DNA from: Alloascoidea hylecoeti
Lineage: Eukaryota
Direction of reading: 5' to 3'
Assembly (NCBI GenBank): GCA_001600815.1
Contig: BCKZ01000022.1
Coordinates: 62,001-86,811 of the forward strand
Length of the DNA stretch: 24,811 nucleotides
This document shows positions 12,024 to 21,961 of the stretch, one piece after another. A model generated the notes under the pieces. The model was not told the DNA's origin, made no database searches, and saw nothing but the letters and a program-made list of their open reading frames with translations. The position numbers and the translations under genes are program-made. Numbering within the stretch: position 1 is the stretch's first letter; each line of letters begins with the position of its first letter.

Positions 12024-12202
12024 CATTACTTCTATTTCATTATGAAGTTCCCCCAACCTCCCAATTTTTCCTGTAGTTATAATAAAACGGCCAGAATTTC
12101 CTGTTCAATTTTTTAAAATACTTCGTTCCTTTTTAAGTTCCCTATCTTAGTTAATTATTAATATTTCTTTTTGTGTTTTTTTTTGGCTTTTTCATTTTCA
12201 GC

Positions 12203-14299
12203 ATGCAAAATATAAATACATTTCAGCAACCATTACAGTCGGAATACAAAACTACTGGCTATAATTATACGCATTTAAATAGACACATCTCAGAACCAAT
12301 ACAATTAAGAAGACAAAGGTCAAATAAAAGACAACGACATACCGAAAATACAAACTTAAGCAGCATATACAGAATCCCAAGAAGATCAACATCAGGCTCG
12401 TTGAGATCCTCTGGCTTTAAAAGGAAACAACTATTATCATCATTTTTAAATAAGTCAGATCCCACTATTATTGAATCTTCTACAACATCAAGAAGTTCAT
12501 CATCTTCATTAATATCTACTCCTACCAATCAAATATCTTCCTCCTCAGAAAATATATCCAATGCCCCATTTTATGCTACAGGTAGTAATATAAGCAACAA
12601 TGATTTTAATAGCTCGCAATTAAGCACCCCAAATTCTCCTCATACACCTGAAAGAATATACTTGAATACATGCACTAGCTCATCCTCTACCCTTATAAAT
12701 TCAAGCTTACCATCAACTGAATTTTCAACACCAAAAACATCATCTTTTGATATAGATCAGTTTAATACTCCAATATACCAAGACGAGGATTATTCACCAT
12801 CCCCATCTACTCCTTTAGTTAATTCAGCTTTTCAAAAACTTTCTTTAAGTTCGCGATATTCTTCAACTGACACATCACCCGTACATTATGATTATTTCCC
12901 CATTTGTATTAATCAACCAAAGCGAAATAGATCAGTGTCTCATTCGAATTCAACCCTAAAAATTACTCCCCACCATGCATTGCAAATTCCTGAAATTTTA
13001 ACACTAATATTATCATTTGTTGATCAAAATAATAAAGTCCCTTATGAAAAACCATTAATGCGAAGATCACCATATTCATCATTTGGAAATTATACTTCAA
13101 ATGTTAGTTCTAATAATGAGCCTAGACCTCGAGCAGTTTCAGAACAAGCAAACCCCCAATCACAAGCAGTTAAAATCATAAATGGTAAACGATTTAAAAA
13201 CTGTTTCAATCAATACCATGATAAAAACAGTAAAGGTGGATTATTTGATTGTCTTTTAGTTGATAAATTTTGGAATGCAATTGCTCAAGAAATATTACAT
13301 AAAAAAATCTTCTTTGATGATCATGAATCGTGGTCAAGATTTGTTGAGCTGAAGAAAAAGGATACAACTTCAAATTATTGTGACATTGATAAAGATAACG
13401 ATTTTAATGATTTTTCCTCAATAGAATCAGGAAGCGCTACTTCCATTTCTTCTTGCAATTATCTTAGAACTGATGTTTTAATTCTGCATAAGATGACAAA
13501 AGCAACACAAAGTGATTTAGACTCAGTCTCTAGTTTTATTGGTGGTAACCTAAAAAAAATTGAATTTTATATTTGCCCAAGAATTTTACCCACATATGAT
13601 CTAATTAAAGATGGTCAACTAAGACATTTGTCACTACCTGGCAGTAAAGTTGCTAACGATAGATTTTTAGAAATGATTGCAAGAAGATGTCCATTATTGG
13701 AAACTTTAGATTTAAGAGCTTGTAATGAAGTTACAGATAAAGGTATCTTAGCAATTGCTAATAACTGTCATAATCTAAGGTTATTAAATATTGGAAGAAC
13801 ATCTAATGGTAGAGCAATCACTGATGCTTCAATTATAGAAATTGCTCGAAAGACTCAGATCACTACTGTTGGTATTGCTGGTTGTGCCATAACTGATTTA
13901 TCAATTCTAGAGCTTATGAAATATCATCATTTAACACTTGAAAGACTATCACTAAATGGTTGCACAAGACTTACGAATAAGTCAATACCATATATTATAT
14001 CTGAATATGGATTCAATAATGCAACATCACTTAGTGTTCTTGAACTTCGAGATTGTACTAGGATCACAAACTTGAAACCGATTGTAGAATATAAAAGATA
14101 TCGGGAACAGGTTCTTAGATTACCAATTTTAATTGAAATGTGTGAAATTTTACAGAACAGAATGAGAAGGGAAGAATGGGAACTTGATATGGCAATTTCA
14201 AAACAAATTTTTAAAGATTTAGCTGTATTTGTTAATGAGGACGATACTGATATGCCATTTCAAACACTATTCACTAATCCTAATCATTCAATTAATTAA
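12203..14299 (+). CDS. AMN1: Antagonist of mitotic exit network 1 (atypical F-box / LRR protein), ~698 aa
   Basis: Blocks matching recalled Amn1: HALQIPEIL, GGLFDCLLVDKFW, LILHKM-TQSDL, IEFYICPRI, LDLRACNEVTDKG, NIGR..G..IT, TVGIAGC, LERLSLNGC, PILIEMCE, KDLAVFVNEDD. Long Ser/Thr-rich N-terminus. First ATG is at 12203 (the track used GTG 12173). Confidence 0.93.
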   Translation: MQNINTFQQPLQSEYKTTGYNYTHLNRHISEPIQLRRQRSNKRQRHTENTNLSSIYRIPRRSTSGSLRSSGFKRKQLLSSFLNKSDPTIIESSTTSRSSSSSLISTPTNQISSSSENISNAPFYATGSNISNNDFNSSQLSTPNSPHTPERIYLNTCTSSSSTLINSSLPSTEFSTPKTSSFDIDQFNTPIYQDEDYSPSPSTPLVNSAFQKLSLSSRYSSTDTSPVHYDYFPICINQPKRNRSVSHSNSTLKITPHHALQIPEILTLILSFVDQNNKVPYEKPLMRRSPYSSFGNYTSNVSSNNEPRPRAVSEQANPQSQAVKIINGKRFKNCFNQYHDKNSKGGLFDCLLVDKFWNAIAQEILHKKIFFDDHESWSRFVELKKKDTTSNYCDIDKDNDFNDFSSIESGSATSISSCNYLRTDVLILHKMTKATQSDLDSVSSFIGGNLKKIEFYICPRILPTYDLIKDGQLRHLSLPGSKVANDRFLEMIARRCPLLETLDLRACNEVTDKGILAIANNCHNLRLLNIGRTSNGRAITDASIIEIARKTQITTVGIAGCAITDLSILELMKYHHLTLERLSLNGCTRLTNKSIPYIISEYGFNNATSLSVLELRDCTRITNLKPIVEYKRYREQVLRLPILIEMCEILQNRMRREEWELDMAISKQIFKDLAVFVNEDDTDMPFQTLFTNPNHSIN

Positions 14300-16859
14300 T
14301 ATAATGCCTATATGATTATATAGAACACTTTGCATTTTTGTTTGTTTTTTGTTTTATTTTGATTGTGTATATTACTAATGCATATGAAATAGATGAATTT
14401 TACTTTTCTACCATTTAAATATCAATTGCAACAGTGGCCATCTTGAACTCATATACACTGTACAATATTATAAATTGAGGAATTCGCTATCAATGCTCTT
14501 AAGTACGTATTGTTTCGAAAATACAATAAAATTTAACAACGTTAATTAGGACATATTGAATCACGTTTCATATACATTGGCAGTGATTGACAAAATTATG
14601 GAGTTGTATCGACTTCATTAAGGTACCTATGATGCATTAATGCAACGTCATTTGAAACTGAAGGTTAATATTAATGACACGAACTTGTAAGGATTGAATG
14701 TATGACAATATGAGTTTGAAGGTGCAGCTAGAGAGGTTAACCGGAATTAAATTTTGAAATGCACACTTCCATAGTTTGGGTAGGTACCTCAAAGCTAATT
14801 CTGAACGGCTAGGCCCCTATAATGGCATTCTGTCTATTTTTGTTTAAAAGGAGCATTTTGTTAAAATTCTTCATCTGCTGATTATAATTATAAATGCAAA
14901 ATATTCAGTAAAACGACCAAGTAGTGCAAGAATACAAAATGAAATCATTTCATAGGCTCCATAATTCATCCAAAATACAAAATGCAATAGCCAAGTGTGT
15001 AATATTAATATTGACACATGATAAAGTGGCCGTTCGTGCATTTTGAACGCCGTAAATTTTGTCTTATATGGGGGAAAATAAGAAAGAGCGAATTGTCTAA
15101 TGAAGATAATGTATTTTTATTCGAATGTATTTCGCTATAAACCCAACTAGTTTTACTTTGCATAGAATTCATGAACTGCTGCTGACCTTATCCTAGTATC
15201 AATATTTAGCGTAATTAATGTTATAATTATATTCTGCGTTTTGAAATGAATTGTTATGAGATGAATCCGCCATTTTGGTATTCTCGTTCGGTTAACATGA
15301 TTTATTAAATAGATTCAGATATCGATACTTGTACGCTGGAGTACCATCTATTTGTTCTTTCAACCCAAATAACCTCTGTATGGATTGCATGGTTTCAATT
15401 ACGTTTTAAGCAGTTTTCCATATGTTTGGTTTGTATATTGGGTTAGGAAGATCAAAGAATTCTCAATTTGGACATTTTTCCGGCCAATCAATATACAGTT
15501 CTACTCAGAACTCGCCATAATTGAGGGATATCTTCGTCATTTTCGTTTGGGTCTTTTCGGAAAATTGGATATCGAAAATCGGTTATACCTGGGTGACAAA
15601 CTCTTTGTTTTGCGATTTGGCGTTAATTTATTTAGTCATAGCTTGAAATACATTTGGTCCCCTCTAAATTCGACACATGTCCAAATTTTGTTTCACCATT
15701 TCTTGATATATCTAGTTCGTTATTTCAGCAAGAAATATTTCGTCGCGCAGTGTCAATATATTTCGTTTTCGATTATTACGTTATCTGTAGTAGGAGGAAA
15801 GTTGACCTCTATCAGCACTAGCCTCACGCTCATTACAATATATGGTAGGCTCTTGAAAATGATCTTGATAATTAATATTTGTCGGAGTCATAACTACTAA
15901 TTGTGATCACACACATCAGAAAATAATACACATATTCAGTTGTACCATATATAAGCTAATTATCATACAGTTACAAGAATATGTAATCGTATATTTAATG
16001 TGTCTAACTATAATATCAACACAATTTATTACCAAGAGTTCCGCTCATTAAGAAAACCTCCCCTCATGATCATCGATGACATGATGACATGATCAGCAGC
16101 AGGTATGCTATTTCACCTTCGAATTTTCGTGTATAACAAACAACCCACAAGCCGTTCTTCCGGTTGTCGTTAAATTCTTTTGCAAAATTACAAGATCTCA
16201 AACAATATAGTTATAGAGAATTCGAATGATAATGAGTCTGAGCAGTTATCCCAGTTCCACTCATACATATGGCCATTTTTTCTTAGTTGCCCCTCATCGA
16301 TTAGTGTTAAATATATCATTCTTTTGAGTTCATGATCAATTACATTTTTTTGTCATAAAAGACTAATCAGACTGAATCAGACTAATATTGATGCTGACTT
16401 CTTATAATCAAACTATAACTATGAAGACATGATTTTTTATTTCGAGTCTTTCGACGTACGTGTTAATTACAACCAATCTTCATGTGTTCGAAAGTTCACA
16501 AGATTGCAAGAATAGAAACCATTATATAAGCATTATATAGCTTTAAATGCCTTATTCATATCAAATATATACATATACCGGTACATAGCTATATAGAACT
16601 ATATAAGTTTTAAGTTTTTGCAATGATGTTATATAGTATATATTTTATACCTACAATATCATATTATATAAAGACATATTTAACCATATAGCCCTTTGAA
16701 ATTAATAGCTATAGTTATAAGATCTTATATTTAACTAACTATAATAATGGTCACAGCATATCTAGTCCCGACAATGATAATACTTAACCTTAAGTTTTCA
16801 CATTTTAGATATGTCGATCGCGATATTATTCAAAGGTCATCTTTATGGCATGTTGTATA

Positions 16860-17026
16860 CACTTAATTTCGGCCCACAGTTTGAATTAAATATTCATTTA
16901 GGTGGCCGAATCTCAGTATATTGTATGGTCGAATATTTAGCGAATATCTAATCCACTTAGCCGATAATTATTTACCTTTATATGTGCATTGCCGAATATT
17001 GTTAAAACAGCGGCCGAAGTTAAGTG
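16860..17026. mobile_element. MITE-like non-autonomous element, 167 bp, with TIRs and TA flanks
   Basis: Left TA|CACTTAATTTCGGCC and right GGCCGAAGTTAAGTG|TA match 14/15. Similarity continues imperfectly to ~35 bp, ending in AATATTC. Internal repeats resemble GCCGAAT. No coding capacity. Confidence 0.7.
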
Positions 17027-17950
17027 TATATATACTGCGTATATTATTGGCATCGACTGATCGAGAACAATATTGTTAATTGAATTTAAATAAAAAAACG
17101 AAAACTTTTTTTAAAATTTAAAAGTAAACAATAATAATTTGGTTTACGACTTTTCTTTAAAATGTCATTACAATTGTAATTTAATATTATAAGCTTAGGA
17201 GCATGGTACAACATGTATCTTAAAGATGGATATAAATAATTATAAATACTAACAAGCCAAATTTTAATGAAAAACAATTGGCGTTTTATATAAAAACTGA
17301 TATTAAATTTAAGAGAAAAATCAATGCAGAAATATATTACGAAAAGCAGAAAAACAACTTCAAATGTTAAAGAAACAGACAGAATATATGCAATATCAAT
17401 TTTAACATGAATTGATAAAAAAATATAATAATAAAAGTACTTAATCATGATTTAAGGAGATATAATGACCACGATATGCATATGATAGGACGAATCTCGC
17501 TTCTAATCTTAAAATAAAAGGAGATCTCAAACTATAGGGAGTAATTTAAATAAATGATGAAAAATAATAAGCCACAATTCCAATATTCCAATCGCAACAC
17601 AAAATCAAGCCATAATCAAAGTCATCGTAATTGATGGAAATAATTCTTTTAGCCTTTAATTTCTGTGGGCCGGAGAATGTCAATTATAATTGTAGGTTCT
17701 AGATCTTTCGTCTCATCAACCTTAAAGTCGTTACAACATTGATTAATTGAAATTGAAAGTTAATTTAATCAAAGTCAAAAACCGAAGTCAAATTTCCATT
17801 ACAAACGCGAAACGCCAACATTTAAACAAGAACAAAATTATAAACATAAAAAAGAAGATTGATCGAAAAGAGGGTAGAGGCAATAAATCATAAGCTTTAG
17901 AACTAGTTCATACATGATATTTTTCATCATAAGTAAATTTAAAGCTCTTC

Positions 17951-19768
17951 TTAATAAAGAAGTAGAAGTACAATTGAAATTGCAAGTGCGATGATTGTAT
18001 AACATTCGATATATCCAGTTATTGAAGAATCCATAAAACCCAATCTCATTCCAGGTTTCGATTCCGATTCGGATAAATCATCTTGTTTGATTGCTAATGA
18101 TGAATTATTTTGATCATTTAATTTATAAATAGATTTTTCATTTTCATTTTCATTTTCATCGTCATTTTCATCTTCGCCGGATGTCTCGAATTCGGTTGTT
18201 AGTGTAATTGAATCATTTAAAGTTCTATTTTGTGTTTGTGTTACATCATTTTCATTATTGCTTTCATTTAATGACATTAAAAGTTCTTCTTCTAGGGAAT
18301 GTTCTATTAAATCAAAATTCTCAAATAGTTCTTCATTAGTGAAAGCTACAGGTATTATTGAATCTAAAATTAAGCTGTTAACATCTTCTTCATAACTTAA
18401 TTGGTTTAATTCATCCTGGTCACTTGATACATTGTCCATATTCATATCTTTCTCATCGCCACTAATAAAATTATCATCACAGACAATTAAACTCAATAAA
18501 CTATCATTAGAGTTAGATATTAAGCTAAAAGTTGATGATTTGTGATTCAGATTTGGATTTATATTCGAATCAAAATCGTCAAATCTTGATTTGCTTTGAA
18601 ATGATTGTAAATTTAAATTATTCATAGAATTCTTTTTACCTAATTTTCGTAATAGATTTAAACATTTATCAGATTTTTTACTAAAATTATTGATTTTAGT
18701 TTTGTTATAATTATTATTGAATTTATCAATTTTTGATATATTTTTAACAATTTTAAATTCTTTTGTTATATCTAAAATTTGTTTTGATAATAAATTTAGT
18801 CTTTCTGTATAACTGTTATTTTTTAATGTTATCATATCAATAATTGAATTATCAAAATTGTTTTCATCTGTGATTGATTTGATACTTTTAGATAATCTTT
18901 TTATATGCTTATTATTCTCGGTATCACTTAATGATAGGCTTAATGATGAGTTCTGTAATTCATATTGCATGCGACTTATACTACGGCGAGTATTATTATC
19001 AGGAGTGATAGGGTTAAATGGTGTTAAATTTGAAGGTAAACGCGTAATTTTGTTATTTCCTTTGTTATTATCGAATTCATTTTCAAAGTTTATTAAATTT
19101 AAGTCTATTGTCGAAGAATTTGAAGAAGAAGGCTGTAATGGAGTATCAAATAAACTGGATAATCTGTGAGAAGTGTTGGTGCTGCACGTTAACGGAGTAC
19201 CAGTAGAAGCATCATCTAAAGAAAATATATCCGATGCATAAGAGGAAAACCTTCGTGACTGAGTATCAAAACTTGAATTACTATTTCTACCTGACGTGTC
19301 AGGAGTCCTAATAACTGGTCTAGCTCTTGTATTAATAGATAGGGACCGGGGTCTAGGAGGAGATATTACTTCACGGCGGTTTAAATCTTCAGGTGGTTTA
19401 TCATTAGTACTAGTGAAAGTACTGATAACAGCTCCACTCATCTGTTCGAACAAAAGAATAAACTCTTCTTTCGTCAGCTCAAGATTACTGTGACTGTTAA
19501 TGAAGTTCTTCGCCTGTGACTTTGCTTGTTTATCAAGTAAAGTATTTGCAGAAAGGCCAAGGCGGGACTCTAACATTTCTACAAGAATAATGAAGTCTGT
19601 GCATTTTATCTAGGCAAGAGTTTAGTTTCAATGACACAGGCCAGGCAGAAAGAAAAATATAAAGAAAACAAAGAGCAAACAACATACACTTCCTTTACCA
19701 TTTTTATCAAGATTAGTCCAAGAGTTATCTATGAAATTGGTCGATGCAGTTTCGTTTAAAATGTCCAT
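17951..19768 (-). CDS. Spliced gene (exons 19768-19688 and 19609-17951), ~579 aa; Mps2/Kms-like nuclear-envelope/SPB protein with N-terminal EF-hand-like domain and C-terminal TM anchor
   Basis: The spliced N-terminus MDILNETASTNFIDNSWTNLDKNGKGS|IKCTDFIILVEMLE...AKNFINSHSNLELTKEEFILLFEQMSG forms an EF-hand-like loop across the junction. It resembles recalled Mps2 (AW..ID....FIYGKDL..LI / F......FKIHKEEF...F). A coiled-coil-like middle is followed by a single hydrophobic C-terminal helix (YTIIALAISIVLLLLY*). The gene structure is more certain than the family call. Confidence 0.72.
19610..19687 (-). other. Spliceosomal intron, 78 nt, phase 0
   Basis: GTATGT donor (19687-19682), AACTAAAC branch-like motif (19627-19620) and CCTAG acceptor. 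It contains in-frame stops, and removing it joins an upstream ATG exon in frame with the long ORF. Confidence 0.85.
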
Positions 19769-19891
19769 TTGAAATTTAAATAGCTCGCGGTTGAAAAGAG
19801 TTTTACAATAAGGTTAAGAGATTTTCCACTTACTATTATTGACCGTAAAAGTCACGTACGCGCCTAATTTTTAATATTTCCAGAATTGGCA

Positions 19892-19930
19892 CGAGCCCGA
19901 AACCGAGCCCGAAACCGAAACCGAAACCGG
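19892..19930. repeat. Hexamer tandem array CGAGCC/CGAAAC x6 in the divergent promoter
   Basis: CGAGCC CGAAAC CGAGCC CGAAAC CGAAAC CGAAAC CGG, read directly; a GC-rich island in the 516 bp spacer between the two start codons. Confidence 0.8.
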
Positions 19931-20284
19931 AGACGTGTTTGCATTCGCCCGTACATTCCTCTAAAAATATATTTCATGTCATGTTCACCTTAACTATAAA
20001 ATTATAATAAACGAGGTAAAACCTAATTCCGGATTGAGGATATGTGACGATATTTTGCGATGTGTTAATTGAGACAAAGTGTAACGGTTTCTGTCGAAAC
20101 ACGACCGCACGCATGGGCTTCTAGATCGTCGGGGCCACTATATAATAGTATTATTTCAATTGCTCAACACTTTATAATATAATATTCCCTCTTTTTCCTC
20201 TTTCCTTTTTCTTTAACTCTCCTAATTTTGCTTTGAATTTTTTCTTGTTTCTTGCTTTGTTTTTGCTTTATCCCATTGATAATT

Positions 20285-21961
20285 ATGGCAACTATGTATG
20301 TTGATCCCTTGAGTTTAAGCTTAAGTGTATATTACTTGCGTACACTCTTTTTTTCCTTATGTTACAACTACGCCCGGCCTCGGTACTAAACATTTTTTCC
20401 CCTTAGGAATCATAATAGCACCTCGACGACGAGTCATATCCCCATAAGAAGTTCTCCACTCGCAAAAAACAAGCCAATAACGTCCCCCAGAAAGTCCGGT
20501 AAATCTAAAGGGTCCACTTCTTCAAGGCCATCTCGTACAAGCACTGCATGTCACAGCGCATCTTCTAGTCGACATGGAAGTTCGGTAGCTATTGGACTTA
20601 AATCCCCAATACTGACAAGTACGAAACAACAACGAAGATCTTCACAACTAGATCAGATCGACAATTCAAACTTAACTTTTTTCCCAATTATTCCCTCGTT
20701 TCAAAATTTAGAGTCATTAACTTCTGATGACCATGAGGCTATTGGTAATGATTCTGGACTCGACAAAAAAAATCAAATTAAAGAATCTAATAACTACCCT
20801 CCAACTTCCCCTATTGGGTCATGTTATACATGTTTTAGTAGTTTTAATAATTCCTTTAATTTTGGTCCAAAAACATTAGATGATGACAACAATTCTTCCT
20901 TTGGTAGCTTAAATAATGATGTTTTACATTTAGACAAGATTATAAATGATAATGGTGTTATCATTTCGATTATGTGTGATACAGTTGTGCTCATTGAGGA
21001 TTATATAAGTACTGGCAAAAATGAACCAAAAGTCGAAGAAAATAGCGTATTACAAACTGAAATTCCAAGAATTAACATTAATGACATCAATAACGAAAAT
21101 AATCAAAATATTCATAGTATTGATGATGATGAATCAAGAAATAATTCAATAATTTCAACTAGTACTGCTTCTTCAAGAACTTCTCAGTCTTCGATATCTT
21201 CGAATTCTTCAATTGGTAGTACTTCGTATAATGAGATTGATTCGATTTTAACGATGAATAAATTAAAGCAACATATGAAAATGCCCCAATCACAATTGCA
21301 ACAGAATGCAACATCACAGACTACTATTAATACATTACAATACAGCACATATAAATCGTGTATCATTTGTTCAAGATCATTAATGGAAATAACATGCGAT
21401 GATTATTTCTTAAATGATATATTTTTTCATAAAATAGTTTGTCAAGATTGTATACCAAAATATGATGATTATGTGAAAGTTTTAGAATATTCTGAACTCA
21501 TCGCTTCATATGATGAAAACAATGAAATTAAAAACAAAAAAGTGAAGAAAAGTTTACAGAAAAGCTTAAGAAGATCTAGTGCTATTCCATTAGTTGCTAC
21601 TAATTATAAAGATAAGTCATCACCATCATCGGATACCTCTTCCTGTTCTTCTCGTCGTTCATCTATATCATTATTATCAACTGAAACGATATCGCCGCTT
21701 TATCGTTCTACAAAATCATCATCAAACATAGGACAACTAATTACAAATAGTAATAATATTATTGACAATGATGACACTCAATACACAAGTTTGAATAATA
21801 GACAGTTCCCATTATTCTCAAACGGTTTATTATCGAGGTTAAGAACGCTAGAAGAAAAACCATCATTCAAATCATTACAACAACAATTTGTATCTGATAA
21901 AAAAAAGTTATCATTATTTGAAAATCTTAAAGGGTCATTGAGCGTTAAATTTAAATGGTGA
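20285..21961 (+). CDS. Spliced gene (exons 20285-20295 and 20407-21961), ~521 aa; Ser-rich protein with a C4 zinc-finger-like domain, similar to S. cerevisiae YLR049C
   Basis: The frame of ORF 20972 stays open upstream to the acceptor at 20406; splicing gives MATM|NHNSTSTTSHIPIRSSPL... The blocks YKSCIICSRSLMEI..FHKIVCQDCIPKYDD, FSNGLLSRL and terminal KFKW resemble recalled YLR049C blocks (FKKCVICEKALYEF..FQEIVCENC..YEE, FSMELISRL, RWKW). Confidence 0.75.
20296..20406 (+). other. Spliceosomal intron, 111 nt, phase 2
   Basis: GTATGT donor at 20296, TACTAAAC at 20384-20391, then a pyrimidine tract and TTAG acceptor ending at 20406. Retention hits an in-frame TAA at 20387; removal restores a continuous ORF. 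Confidence 0.85.
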
